Shown here: positions 46,484 through 56,266 of the stretch, piece by piece
How positions within the stretch are numbered: position 1 is the first letter of the stretch
How the letters are laid out: the number at the start of each line of letters is the position of its first letter
From: an uncultured Clostridia bacterium
GTDB taxonomy: Bacteria; Bacillota; Clostridia; Christensenellales; UBA1242
NCBI GenBank assembly: GCA_947588355.1
Contig: CANPYI010000004.1
Span: forward strand, 1,244-65,243
Length of the DNA: 64,000 nt
Direction: 5' to 3'
Translations under genes and position numbers: made by a program
Notes under the pieces: generated by a model
Told to the model about the DNA's origin: nothing
The model's database searches: none
Seen by the model: the letters and a program-made list of their open reading frames with translations, nothing else

Positions 46484-47257
46484 ATGTCAAACAGAGTTGT
46501 AATTGCCGGTATCAACACTGCCACTTTGCCAAAACTTAAAAATGCAGAGATTATGGAACTTTTAAAGTCTGTCAAGGCTGGCGACGAATTTGCTCGTGAC
46601 AAGTTTGTGGTTGCTAATTTGCGGCTTGTTCTTTCTGTTGTGCAACGTTTTGGCGGACACAGTGACAAGGCTGACGACATGTTTCAAGTTGGTTGTGTCG
46701 GCCTTTTGAAAGCCATTGACAACTTTGACGAAACTCTTGGTGTCAGATTTTCGACCTATGCCGTGCCAATGATTGTCGGAGAAATTCGCAGATATTTGCG
46801 TGACAACAACTCCGTGAGAGTCAGTCGTTCGATTCGTGACACTGCCTATCGCTCGTTGCAGGCAAAGGAAAAATATATAAAGGAAAACAATGCCGAGCCT
46901 TCTTTAGAGCAAATTGCAAAACTTGTTGATTTGCCTCTGAAAGAAGTGACTTTTGCACTTGATGCAATTTCCGAAACAGTTTCGCTTTCCGACCCTATCT
47001 ACAACGACGGCAACGAAACAATTCGTATCGCTGACCAAATTGCAGATGAGAAAAATTGTGATGAAGATCTTGTGGAAAAACTTTCGCTCAGAGACGCCAT
47101 CAAAAACTTGTCCGACCGCGAAAAAGAAATTTTGCTTATGAGATATTATGTCGGCAAAACGCAGATGGAAGTCAGCGAAGAAGTTGGCATTTCACAAGCA
47201 CAAGTTTCAAGATTAGAAAAAAATGCTTTAAAAACAATAAAAAGTTTTATTGAATAG
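46484..47257 (+). CDS. sigG: sporulation sigma factor SigG
   Basis: Collinear by recollection with B. subtilis SigG (LPKLKN.E, NLRLVLSV.QRF, FQVGC.GL.K.IDNFD, FSTYAVPMI.GEIRRYLRDN, GISQAQVSRLEK). Confidence 0.92.
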   Translation: MSNRVVIAGINTATLPKLKNAEIMELLKSVKAGDEFARDKFVVANLRLVLSVVQRFGGHSDKADDMFQVGCVGLLKAIDNFDETLGVRFSTYAVPMIVGEIRRYLRDNNSVRVSRSIRDTAYRSLQAKEKYIKENNAEPSLEQIAKLVDLPLKEVTFALDAISETVSLSDPIYNDGNETIRIADQIADEKNCDEDLVEKLSLRDAIKNLSDREKEILLMRYYVGKTQMEVSEEVGISQAQVSRLEKNALKTIKSFIE

Positions 47258-47258
47258 G

Positions 47259-47981
47259 TCAAAATTCCTTTTCCAATCTCTTGCGAAGTTTTGAAAGAAT
47301 TTTCTTTTCAATGCGTGAGATATAACTTTGGCTGATTCCCATCAAATCGGCAACTTCTTTTTGCGTTTTTTCTTCGTTTCCAGCAAGTCCAAAACGCAAA
47401 TACATAATCATCTGCTCCTTTTCGTCAAGTTTGGACACAACGTCCATCAAAATCTGTTTTTCGGCAGAGTTTTCTATGTTTTTGGAAACGCTTTCTTCGT
47501 CAATAGGTATAATGTCGGCAAGCAAAAGTTCGTTGCCCTCGCCGTCAGACGACAAAGGCTCGTCCAAGGACATTTCATTTTTTATGCGGGTGTTTTTGCG
47601 AAGTTGCATAAGAATTTCATTTTCAATGCAGCGGCTGGCATATGTTGCAAGTTTGATATTTTTGTCCAAACTGTAAGTTTTCACCGCTTTGATAAGCCCT
47701 ATAGAGCCTATAGAGATAAGGTCCTCAAGTTCTATGCCCGAAACTTCAAACTTTTTTGCAATATACACAACCAATCTTAAGTTGTGTTCAATAAGTTTGT
47801 CGCGTGCTTCGCTGTTTCCGCTTTGCACCTGTTCCAAAAGCCAATTCTCTTCTTCGGCAGGCAAAGGCTGCGGAAGGGCCTTATTTCCGCAAATATATGC
47901 CATTATTTGTTCTGTATGTTTTGCACTTTTGCGATTAAAAATTTTCCACAGCCAAAGTTTTATCTTGAAAAATATCTCCAT
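47259..47981 (-). CDS. sigE: sporulation sigma factor SigE (pro-sigma-E)
   Basis: Pro-sequence plus YICGNKALPQPL, NLRLVVYIAKKFE, KLATYASRCIENEILM, GISQSYISRIEK; follows spoIIGA. Confidence 0.93.
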   Translation of the reverse strand: MEIFFKIKLWLWKIFNRKSAKHTEQIMAYICGNKALPQPLPAEEENWLLEQVQSGNSEARDKLIEHNLRLVVYIAKKFEVSGIELEDLISIGSIGLIKAVKTYSLDKNIKLATYASRCIENEILMQLRKNTRIKNEMSLDEPLSSDGEGNELLLADIIPIDEESVSKNIENSAEKQILMDVVSKLDEKEQMIMYLRFGLAGNEEKTQKEVADLMGISQSYISRIEKKILSKLRKRLEKEF

Positions 47982-47982
47982 A

Positions 47983-48795
47983 TCACACCTCCTTGCTCAC
48001 AAACATATTGTTGTGCAAAATTATGTCGCTTCCAAAAGCATCATCAAAATTTTTCAGACACAGTCCCAAGGTTGGCTTTTCCAAAACTTGCCCCTCCAAA
48101 CACAGTTTGTCAACCTGAAAGACCAAAATTTTATTGTCACTGCCAAGTGTGTTGAAATTGATGTAATGCGCATGTTTCAAATTCTTCAGTTTGTCAGTAT
48201 GTCGCAAAATATCCTCCAAATCAACCTCCTTAAACAATGCCGAAAAAACACGAAAATTTATCAAACTGACCGGTTTGTCCGTGATAGGATCAAAAAGCAT
48301 GTTGCCGCTGTCCAAAAATGCCCGCCATTTGCCTTTGTTTCCGCTTGCTTCAATCTCCACATCAAAACAAAAGTTGTCCACCGCTCTTTTTCGTGCATAC
48401 ACTTTTGCCAGACCTTTGACGATGCAAAATGTTGCCACAACAACGCACAAAATCAGCAAAAATGAGCGTGTACCAAATAGCCCTTCAAAAAAGTAGCATG
48501 CCCCTCCGTACAAAAACGTGACGGCAAAGTGACAGCAAAAAATTTGAATAAATTTTTTCAATTTCTTGAATTTAAAAGAGATGCAAATGCACAAAACAAC
48601 TTGCCCAATTTCCACCAAAAGCCAGCCGAAAGAGGAAAGATAAAATGCCGGCATCACAACGGTGAAACACGCGCCCAAAAATGCCGACAGAAAAAACAAT
48701 CTGCCCTTTTCATGCAACAAAAATTTTGTTGTTTGCAAAATGACAAGGTTGATTAAAAAATTTTCCAGCAAAACATATTCCACAACGATTTGCAT
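47983..48795 (-). CDS. spoIIGA: sigma-E processing peptidase SpoIIGA
   Basis: 5-TM N-terminal half and a C-terminal aspartic protease motif FLDSGN. Confidence 0.9.
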   Translation of the reverse strand: MQIVVEYVLLENFLINLVILQTTKFLLHEKGRLFFLSAFLGACFTVVMPAFYLSSFGWLLVEIGQVVLCICISFKFKKLKKFIQIFCCHFAVTFLYGGACYFFEGLFGTRSFLLILCVVVATFCIVKGLAKVYARKRAVDNFCFDVEIEASGNKGKWRAFLDSGNMLFDPITDKPVSLINFRVFSALFKEVDLEDILRHTDKLKNLKHAHYINFNTLGSDNKILVFQVDKLCLEGQVLEKPTLGLCLKNFDDAFGSDIILHNNMFVSKEV

Positions 48796-48842
48796 AGACC
48801 AATTTTACGAAAAACAAACCATATAAAAGTAGAAAAAAAATG

Positions 48843-48874
48843 AAAAAAAGAGCAAATTTTGCTCTCTTTTTGTC
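48843..48874 (-). terminator. intrinsic terminator between ftsZ and spoIIGA
   Basis: Minus strand gagagcaaa-at-ttgctct followed by T7. Confidence 0.65.
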
Positions 48875-48884
48875 AAATTGATTT

Positions 48885-50087
48885 TTACTTTTTGTTTTTG
48901 TTTCTGATTTTTTCAATCCAAGGTGGAATGCTGTTGATGTTTGGATTTACATCAACGCGAGAAGTTTGATTGTTTTGTTCCACATGCACATTGTTTTGTT
49001 GTTGTGGCTGAGGGTTGTATCCAAAAGGATTGAAGCCGCGGAACTTGTCTTCTTCGGCTGGCTCTTCTTCCTTGACAGGTTCTTGCTCAACCTCTTCTTG
49101 TTGTTGCTCGGCAGCAAGTTCTTCAGGACTCTTAAAGCCGGTTGCGATGATAGTGATTTCAACCTCATCTCTCATTTCAGGGTCTATACTACTTCCAAAA
49201 ATAAGGTTGCAAGATGGATCAATAACCTCTTTGACCATATTTGCTGCCTCAGAAACTTCACGCAAAGTTATGTCACTGCCACCTTTGATGTTGAGCACAA
49301 CACCTGTTGCGCCCTCGATTGTTGTTTCAATAAGTGGAGATGCAACTGCTTGACGAACGGCCTCCAAAGTTTTGTTTTCGCCTTTGCCGTGACCAACGCC
49401 CATGTGAGCAAGTCCGCGATTTTTCATAACTGTGCCGATATCTGCAAAATCCAAATTTATCATGCCCGGGAAAACGATAAGGTCGGCAATTCCTTGAATA
49501 CCTTGACGCAAAACGTCATCAGCATATCTGAATGCTTCCACAAGAGTTGTTTTTTCTGGCAAAATTGTCAGCAATCTTTCGTTTGGAATGACAACGATAG
49601 TGTCAACATATTTTTTGAGTTCTTGAATGCCCTTTTCAGCGTTTTCCATACGCTTTTTGTTTTCAAATTGAAAAGGTTTTGTCACAATACCAACTGTCAA
49701 AATGCCAAGTTCTTTGGCAATCTGAGCAATGACAGGAGCAGCACCTGTACCCGTTCCGCCTCCCATTCCGGCAGTGATAAACACAAGGTCGCTGCCCTTA
49801 AGAATTTCGGTGATAGATGCTTTGCTTTCTTCTGCCGCCTTGCGTCCGATTTCAGGAACGGCACCTGCGCCCATACCTTTGGTCAAACGTTCACCGATTT
49901 GCAAACGCTTGTCTGCTTTTGAAATCAAAAGTGCTTGTTTGTCGGTGTTTATTGCAACAAATTCTGCAGATGCAACGCCGGCATCAATCATTCTGTTGAC
50001 AGCGTTGTTTCCGCCCCCGCCTACGCCCAACACTTTGATTTTGACGATGTTTGTTGAGTTTGTTGGATTTGTGTTATTGTTTTCCAT
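48885..50087 (-). CDS. ftsZ: cell division protein FtsZ
   Basis: Internal start behind AGGAG; [13 protein letters not shown] and [10 protein letters not shown] motifs. Confidence 0.96.
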   Translation of the reverse strand: MENNNTNPTNSTNIVKIKVLGVGGGGNNAVNRMIDAGVASAEFVAINTDKQALLISKADKRLQIGERLTKGMGAGAVPEIGRKAAEESKASITEILKGSDLVFITAGMGGGTGTGAAPVIAQIAKELGILTVGIVTKPFQFENKKRMENAEKGIQELKKYVDTIVVIPNERLLTILPEKTTLVEAFRYADDVLRQGIQGIADLIVFPGMINLDFADIGTVMKNRGLAHMGVGHGKGENKTLEAVRQAVASPLIETTIEGATGVVLNIKGGSDITLREVSEAANMVKEVIDPSCNLIFGSSIDPEMRDEVEITIIATGFKSPEELAAEQQQEEVEQEPVKEEEPAEEDKFRGFNPFGYNPQPQQQNNVHVEQNNQTSRVDVNPNINSIPPWIEKIRNKNKK

Positions 50088-50208
50088 ATTTGCTCCTTTT
50101 TTGTGTTGAAAACCCAATATATAGTTTCATTTTAACTCAATTTTTTTGTTTTTGCAAGAATTTTGTAGTTGTTGTCACATTTTTTTGTCAATAATTGCAT
50201 TATTTTTG

Positions 50209-51330
50209 TTATTTTTCATTCAGTGCTTGATTCAAAAGCCCAAGCATAGCAGCATTTTCGGGCTTGTTCATGGCAGGAATTGGAGGCACTCCGTACGAAA
50301 TGTTTCTGTTTATGCACTTTGCAAAATAGTCTTTTCCGCCCTTGATTTTGCTCACCCCTGCGCCGCAAAGATAGATTGGATAATATGGCACATATTCTTT
50401 GGCAAAAAGCCTTATGCATTCGTTGACCGTCTTTGCAATCAAATTCAGGCGATACATAACCACCTCGTTGGCATATGAGAGTGGAATTTTGACAACGCGC
50501 CCTCCAAATGTCATCAAGTCATAAAAATCGCCGTCCTCGCCCTTAAGCGACAGCACAATTTGTTTTTTCAGCGAGCGTGCATCGTTGTAGGATATTCCGC
50601 ATGCTTCCGACAGGTCGCTTGTCACATGACTGCCGCCCATCGAAAAAGATGTAAGATTTGTCAAGCCCTCTCCCTTCACAAATGCCACACTTGTGGTGCG
50701 AGCACCCACATCAATCACGATACAAGTGCGTTCACGCTCCTCTTCCTCCAAAATAAGCATTGCTTGAGAAAGTGGCTCGCAAAGATATTCCACTTGTTCA
50801 ACGCCCATGTCGGTGAAAATTCTGTTGAAAGACGAAATAAACGAACTTTGCGCCAAAACAACCGAAAGTTCTGCGCCAATTTTTCCAGCCTTTATGCCAA
50901 TCGGTGAATTTGTTTTGCGGCTGTCATCAGCCTCAAAATAGATAGGATTTATGCACAAAACCTCCATATTGTCTTCCACAATATCCCTTGAGGCTTCCTG
51001 CAAAAGAGCATCTATATCACTTTGTTTAACCGCACGTTTGAAGCGAAAATTTATTTGCTCTTTTGCTGACGCAACTTTTGAAAATTCAGCCGGAACACCT
51101 ACAAAAATTTTTCTGATTTTTTTCTTGTAAACGGACTGCACTTCTGTGAACAAACTTTTGAGTGCGTCTTCCAATAGTGACGGCTCAACAAAAGCGCCCT
51201 CCAAAAAACCTGCATATTCACGCGTTGCGTGTGCTTTGATGTTGAAAGTTCCATTTATGCCCTTTTGAGCGGCAATGCAAGACAGTTTTGAAGAGCCTAC
51301 TTCCACCACAATAACATTCTGTTCCACCAT
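50209..51330 (-). CDS. ftsA: cell division protein FtsA-like (actin/ASKHA fold)
   Basis: 373 aa immediately upstream of ftsZ; VVEVGSSKL and IDVGARTTS phosphate motifs. Shorter than typical FtsA. Confidence 0.8.
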   Translation of the reverse strand: MVEQNVIVVEVGSSKLSCIAAQKGINGTFNIKAHATREYAGFLEGAFVEPSLLEDALKSLFTEVQSVYKKKIRKIFVGVPAEFSKVASAKEQINFRFKRAVKQSDIDALLQEASRDIVEDNMEVLCINPIYFEADDSRKTNSPIGIKAGKIGAELSVVLAQSSFISSFNRIFTDMGVEQVEYLCEPLSQAMLILEEEERERTCIVIDVGARTTSVAFVKGEGLTNLTSFSMGGSHVTSDLSEACGISYNDARSLKKQIVLSLKGEDGDFYDLMTFGGRVVKIPLSYANEVVMYRLNLIAKTVNECIRLFAKEYVPYYPIYLCGAGVSKIKGGKDYFAKCINRNISYGVPPIPAMNKPENAAMLGLLNQALNEK

Positions 51331-51543
51331 ACAATCCTCTTTTCAGAATTGATAATACAACAAACTTCGACAAAAAGTCAATTAAATTTCATAATTATTT
51401 GAAAAAATTTATATTTATGCAAAAATTTGAATAATCTTGTTAAATCCAACATAAACGGCTTTAATTTGCTCATTTTGTTGACAAAAGTGTGAAAAAAGTG
51501 CAAAAATATATGCCAAGAAGATATTTTGTAAAAGGACAAAAAA

Positions 51544-52830
51544 ATGATTGACATAAATCTTATTCGCACAAACAAAGAATTGGTCAAAGAAAATATTCGC
51601 AAAAAGTTTCAAGACAGCAAACTTGCGCTTGTTGACGAGGTGGAAGAACTTGACAAAAAATCTCGCGCCTTAAAGCAAGAGGGCGACCAACTTAGGCAAA
51701 GCAGAAACACTCTTTCCACGCAAATAGGTGCCCTTATGAAGGACAAAAAGATTGCCGAGGCGGAACAAGTGAAACAACAAGTTCGCAAAAACAACGACCG
51801 CATTGCCGAAATCGAAAGGGAAGAAGAAGTTTTGTCAGAAAAAATTCGCAAAATTATGCTGACAATTCCAAACATAATTGACGAAAGTGTGCCTATCGGA
51901 AAAGACGACAGCGAAAATGTTGAAATAGAGCGATTTGGTCAGCCAAAAGTTCCAGATTTTGAAGTTCCGCATCATGCGGACATTTTGGACAGCATAAACG
52001 GTCTTGACAAAGAAAGCGCCGGCAGAACATCTGGAAACGGCTTTTATTATCTGCTTGGTGATGCCGCCCGCCTTGAAACTGCGCTGATAAACTTTGCACG
52101 TGACTATATGATTGCACAAGGGTTCACATATGCAATTCCGCCATTTATGATTCGCTCAGATGTTGTTGACGGTGTTATGAGTTTTGCCGAAATGAACGCC
52201 ATGATGTACAAGATAGAGGGCGAAGATTTGTATCTTATTGGCACAAGTGAACACAGCATGATAGGAAGATTTAAGGACCAAATCATAAAAGAACAAGACC
52301 TTCCTGTCACAATGACTTCATACAGTCCATGTTTCAGAAAAGAAGTTGGCAGTCACGGAATTGAGGAACGCGGAGTTTATCGCGTACATCAATTTGAAAA
52401 ACAAGAGATGATTGTGATATGTCGCCCAGAGGACAGCATGACATGGTACAACAAAATGTGGAAATACACCGTTGACATCTGTCGTGCCTTGGAAATTCCG
52501 TGTCGTACTTTGGAATGTTGCAGCGGAGACCTTGCCGATTTGAAAGTGAAAAGTTGCGATGTCGAGGCATGGAGTCCAAGACAACAAAAGTATTTTGAAG
52601 TTGGCTCTTGCTCAAACCTTTCAGACGCACAAGCGCGTCGACTTGGCATTCGTGCCAAAGGCGAAAAAGGAACATACTTTTTGCACACCCTCAACAACAC
52701 AGTGTTGGCATCACCCCGCATTTTGATTGCTTTTCTTGAAAATAACTTGCAAGCAGACGGAAGCATAAAAATTCCAACCGCCTTGCGCAATTATCTTGGC
52801 GGCATGGAAAAAATTCTGCCAAAAAAATAA
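51544..52830 (+). CDS. serS: seryl-tRNA synthetase
   Basis: 428 aa with a coiled-coil N-terminal arm and class II motifs (FRKEVGSHG, YRVHQFEK). Confidence 0.95.
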   Translation: MIDINLIRTNKELVKENIRKKFQDSKLALVDEVEELDKKSRALKQEGDQLRQSRNTLSTQIGALMKDKKIAEAEQVKQQVRKNNDRIAEIEREEEVLSEKIRKIMLTIPNIIDESVPIGKDDSENVEIERFGQPKVPDFEVPHHADILDSINGLDKESAGRTSGNGFYYLLGDAARLETALINFARDYMIAQGFTYAIPPFMIRSDVVDGVMSFAEMNAMMYKIEGEDLYLIGTSEHSMIGRFKDQIIKEQDLPVTMTSYSPCFRKEVGSHGIEERGVYRVHQFEKQEMIVICRPEDSMTWYNKMWKYTVDICRALEIPCRTLECCSGDLADLKVKSCDVEAWSPRQQKYFEVGSCSNLSDAQARRLGIRAKGEKGTYFLHTLNNTVLASPRILIAFLENNLQADGSIKIPTALRNYLGGMEKILPKK

Positions 52831-52831
52831 C

Positions 52832-52864
52832 AAAAAAAACACCACTTACTGTGGTGATTTTTTA
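52832..52864. terminator. bidirectional terminator between serS and paralog B
   Basis: A8-caccac-ttact-gtggtg-aT6. Confidence 0.8.
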
Positions 52865-52880
52865 TATCTTTATCAATCGA

Positions 52881-53600
52881 TTATTTCGAAATATTTCTGC
52901 CGTTTTCTTTAATAACAGTTTTCAAAATTGGCTCTGCTTTTTCATATCCGTCTTCTTTGGAAAGCCTCACTCTCACAAGCAGTTTCTTTTCTTCTTTGGT
53001 GGCAAACTCCAGTGCTTCGTCTTGGCATTGTTGTCTTATTTCTTTTGCAGCCTCGCAGCCGTAGTCGTTTGAGCATCCGGTTTTGTCAAATGGCTTTGCA
53101 CACGCGATGGATTCAACGCTGACAAGTTTTGCGATGGCAAGATTGCCCTTGCTATGCTGCTCAATGCATTCTTCCAAGTTAAGAACGATATAAGGTTTTT
53201 TCCCAAACATAACAACCGGTGCAACACTTGTTGTTTCCATCACTCTGCAAGTCTCGTAACTATAAACTTTGGCAGTTCTAGAAACTTTCTCACAACTTTT
53301 CATAACACAACTGTCTGGATCGTATTTTACTTGCAAAGCGACGCGCAACCCAGCATGATCGTTGTAACTGTCGTCCCAGTGAAGGAAGCCTTCTTCACGT
53401 ACAGACTCCACTTTGGAGAACGAAGCCGGCAATGCAGTGCGCGTGAAGTAATATCCTGTATTATAATAATATTCTTCACTAGCCCCTTCTTTTTTGGCTT
53501 TTTCTGAAAGCGGAGCGCTTGCAAAAGAAGGAAATTTTGTCATAATTTCTTTCCAATCCGCCATACTCGGCAAATTTACATAGTTTTCTATTGTTGCCAT
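52881..53600 (-). CDS. hypothetical protein, paralog B (MATIEN family)
   Basis: Start MATIENYVNLPSMADWKEI behind GGAGAT; alignable with 37625..38584. Confidence 0.7.
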   Translation of the reverse strand: MATIENYVNLPSMADWKEIMTKFPSFASAPLSEKAKKEGASEEYYYNTGYYFTRTALPASFSKVESVREEGFLHWDDSYNDHAGLRVALQVKYDPDSCVMKSCEKVSRTAKVYSYETCRVMETTSVAPVVMFGKKPYIVLNLEECIEQHSKGNLAIAKLVSVESIACAKPFDKTGCSNDYGCEAAKEIRQQCQDEALEFATKEEKKLLVRVRLSKEDGYEKAEPILKTVIKENGRNISK

Positions 53601-53625
53601 ATATCTATCTCCTTTTGATGCGGAT

Positions 53626-53654
53626 ATCTTATCATACATTTTGAAAGTTGTCAA
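53626..53654 (-). promoter_or_regulatory. promoter of paralog B
   Basis: Minus strand TTGACA-17 nt-TAAGAT; -35 and flank identical to paralog A (tgaaagttgtcaatac). Confidence 0.6.
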
Positions 53655-53701
53655 TACGATTTTTTTGAAAAGGTCAAAATGAGATGGCAAAAAAACAAAA
53701 C

Positions 53702-53926
53702 CTACTCCCCGCACAAAACCTCAAGGATATATTCAAACACGCTCATTTGTTCATTTGTGACAAGTTGCATAATTTCAGACTCATAATCCAAAAACATCTG
53801 ATATTGCTCCTTGCTTAAAGTGGCAAGCAATTTTTTCTCTACATCAAAATAGGCTTCTGGAAAATTTGGCTTTCCGCCCTCCCGATGCGCATACATCTCA
53901 AACATAATCTTCACAATGTCTTTCAT
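53702..53926 (-). CDS. hypothetical small helical protein
   Basis: 74 aa with a strong AAGGAGAG RBS; divergent from the XRE pair. Confidence 0.6.
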   Translation of the reverse strand: MKDIVKIMFEMYAHREGGKPNFPEAYFDVEKKLLATLSKEQYQMFLDYESEIMQLVTNEQMSVFEYILEVLCGE

Positions 53927-53943
53927 ATTTTTCTCTCCTTTTG

Positions 53944-53973
53944 TATAACTATTGTAATATAACCATAGTTATA
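53944..53973. promoter_or_regulatory. 9-bp perfect inverted repeat TATAACTAT-N12-ATAGTTATA in a divergent promoter region (operator candidate)
   Basis: Read directly; lies between the 74-aa gene and the first XRE gene. Confidence 0.5.
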
Positions 53974-54023
53974 TGTCAAGTATTTTTATTACTATTGCAA
54001 TAAAATTTAAAAGGATATTAAAT

Positions 54024-54227
54024 ATGAACAAATTTGCAGAAAGATTGAAAGAATTGAGAATAGAAAAAGGGTTAACTCAAAAGCAATTGGCTGACGAAGT
54101 TGAAATAAGTCAGGCTATCATTTCTCTGTATGAGAAAAATGTCCGCACACCAACTATAGATATTATAATAATTTTATGCAATTATTTTAAAGTTTCATCT
54201 GATTATCTTATAGGTTTGGAAGACTGA
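54024..54227 (+). CDS. XRE family HTH regulator (tandem copy 1)
   Basis: MNKFAERLKELRIEKGLTQKQLADEVEISQAIISLYEKNVRTP...DYLIGLED. AAGGA RBS. Confidence 0.85.
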   Translation: MNKFAERLKELRIEKGLTQKQLADEVEISQAIISLYEKNVRTPTIDIIIILCNYFKVSSDYLIGLED

Positions 54228-54228
54228 T

Positions 54229-54432
54229 ATGAACAAATTTGCACAAAGATTGAAAGAACTTCGCCTTGAAGAAAATTTAAGCCAAACAGAACTTGCAAAA
54301 AGAACAGGCTTGACACAAACGGCGATAGGAAAATGGGAACAAAACAAACGCACCCCTTCAATTGAAGTGCTTTATGTTTTGTGTCGATACTTCCATGTCT
54401 CCGCCGACTATCTTATAGGTCTGGAAGACTAA
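54229..54432 (+). CDS. XRE family HTH regulator (tandem copy 2)
   Basis: MNKFAQRLKELRLEENLSQTELAKRTGLTQTAIGKWEQNKRTP...DYLIGLED; starts 1 nt after copy 1. Confidence 0.85.
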   Translation: MNKFAQRLKELRLEENLSQTELAKRTGLTQTAIGKWEQNKRTPSIEVLYVLCRYFHVSADYLIGLED

Positions 54433-54456
54433 AAAAAGAGCATGATGCTCTTTTTA
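54431..54456 (+). terminator. intrinsic terminator after the XRE pair
   Basis: A7-gagca-tga-tgctc-T5. Confidence 0.75.
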
Positions 54457-54527
54457 TTTTTTTTATGGAATAAATTTTCAATTTTGCACTAAGCACAAAT
54501 TGAAAATCACCAATGCTGGAGAAGGCT

Positions 54528-54614
54528 TGGGAGAAGAACCAAAGTTTTAGGCGTTAGGCTTTTTTAAGCCGTGTCGCCGTCAAAAACTTTGGTGCGTCAC
54601 CAGTTTGTCCCCGT
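54528..54614. ncRNA. conserved multi-stem hairpin motif, copy 2
   Basis: The same blocks TTTTAGGCGTTAGG (54545-54558) and CCGTGTCGCCGT (54569-54580). The inner stem is now ggctt/aagcc and the outer stem aaagtttt/aaaacttt. Ends 4-5 nt from the yloV stop. Confidence 0.4.
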
Positions 54615-54617
54615 GTT

Positions 54618-56249
54618 TTATTCCAAACTCACCAAATAATAATACACAGGTTGTCCGCCATTGGCAACAGTCACTTCACAATCAGGGTATTTTTTTGCAA
54701 TGGTTTCCTGCAATGCATTTGCTTCGTCCTCGCGAATATCTTCGCCATAAAACAAAGTGATGTTCATTACACTGTCGTCAAACATGGCGTCAATAAGTTT
54801 TTCAGTTGTTTCGCTGACAAGATTTCCTTTTGCCAAAATTGCTTTGTCATCAAGGCCGATAATCTCACCTTTTGCAAGGTCAAATCCGTCAACATGAGTG
54901 TCACGAACAGCATAAGTCACACTGCCCGAGCGCACACTTTTGATTGCCTCCAACATGGCGGCTTGATTTTCCTCCACGCTGGCATCTGGATTGAATGTTA
55001 TCGCTGCGGAAATGCCCTCCGGAACACTGCGAGTTGGAATGATAATGAGGTTTTTGTTGGTCACTTCATTGGCTTGCTCGGCAGCAAGTTGAATGTTTTT
55101 GTTGTTTGGAAAAACAAACACATTGCGTGCTGGCACTTTGTCCGCTGCAGTGGCAATATCCTCCGCGCTTGGATTCATGGTTTGTCCACCCACAATAATT
55201 TCATCAACAGTAAGTTCTTTGAAGATTTGTGAAAGCCCATCGCCCGGTGCAACCGCAATCATGCCAAGTTCTTTGGTTTCCTCAACCGCTTGTGCTTTCT
55301 TTTTAAGTTCACGATTTTGCTCGCGCATGTTTTCTATCTTCAAGTTGTAAAGTTCGCCAAGTTCAAGTGCATATCCAAGTGCCTTGTTTGGCTCGTTTGT
55401 ATGAACGTGCACCTTTACAAGTGACAAGTCACCAATACAAATCACACTGTCTCCAATTTCCATAAGTTTTTCGCGCAGTTTGGTGATGTCAACCTCTGTT
55501 GTCTTTTTGTACATGTTTATAATCATGTACTCGGTGCAATAGCCGTACTCGATATCGCCCAAATTGTTGATGTCGGCAATCACATCGTCAACGGTTTGAG
55601 GCTTTGTCTCGTCTTCAAACGAATATTCAAGTTCTTCGCCCATAAGGAAACGATAAAATCCGGTGAAAATCACCAAAATACCGCGTCCGCCACTGTCCAC
55701 AACACCCGCTTTTTTCAAGACAGGCAACATTTCTGGAGTTTGCTTTAAGATTTCCTCGCCAGTGTCCAAAACTTTTTTCAAAAACAATTCAAAATCATCA
55801 TGACGCTTTGCAAGGCTGACAGCATTTTCCGCCATAACGCGAATAACTGTCAGGATTGTGCCTTCTTTTGGCTTTGTCACGGCTTTGTAGGCGATTGTTG
55901 CCCCTTCTTGCATGGCCTTGGCAAAGTCCTTTGTGGAAATCTCTTTGCAATTTTTCGTCACCGAGCAAAAGCCTTTAAAAATCTGCGATGTAATAACGCC
56001 TGAATTGCCTCTTGCGCCGCGCAAAGCACCTTTTGCAAACGCCTCCGAAAGTGACGCAAGGTCGGTGTTCATGCATTTGTTTATCTCGCCAACAGCCGAT
56101 TTCATAGTCAAAAACATATTTGTTCCCGTGTCACCATCTGGAACAGGAAAAACATTAAGGCTGTCGATATATTCTTTGTTTTGTTCAAGCAGACTTACGC
56201 CCGCAAGGACCATCTTTTTAAAGGTCGCTCCACTAATCGTTTTTTGCAT
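54618..56249 (-). CDS. yloV: DAK2 domain fusion protein YloV
   Basis: 543 aa with an N-terminal Dak2 motif (NVFPVPDGDTGTNM) and a C-terminal DegV-like half; follows asp23/yloU. Confidence 0.9.
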   Translation of the reverse strand: MQKTISGATFKKMVLAGVSLLEQNKEYIDSLNVFPVPDGDTGTNMFLTMKSAVGEINKCMNTDLASLSEAFAKGALRGARGNSGVITSQIFKGFCSVTKNCKEISTKDFAKAMQEGATIAYKAVTKPKEGTILTVIRVMAENAVSLAKRHDDFELFLKKVLDTGEEILKQTPEMLPVLKKAGVVDSGGRGILVIFTGFYRFLMGEELEYSFEDETKPQTVDDVIADINNLGDIEYGYCTEYMIINMYKKTTEVDITKLREKLMEIGDSVICIGDLSLVKVHVHTNEPNKALGYALELGELYNLKIENMREQNRELKKKAQAVEETKELGMIAVAPGDGLSQIFKELTVDEIIVGGQTMNPSAEDIATAADKVPARNVFVFPNNKNIQLAAEQANEVTNKNLIIIPTRSVPEGISAAITFNPDASVEENQAAMLEAIKSVRSGSVTYAVRDTHVDGFDLAKGEIIGLDDKAILAKGNLVSETTEKLIDAMFDDSVMNITLFYGEDIREDEANALQETIAKKYPDCEVTVANGGQPVYYYLVSLE

Positions 56250-56266
56250 AACTTATTTCTCCGTCT

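Noticed and set aside
51331-51543. Looked for a T-box riboswitch upstream of serS.
   Set aside because: The spacer is only ~210 nt and very AT-rich. It has no T-box sequence (AAnnnGGGTGGTACCGCG-like) and no terminator/antiterminator pair.
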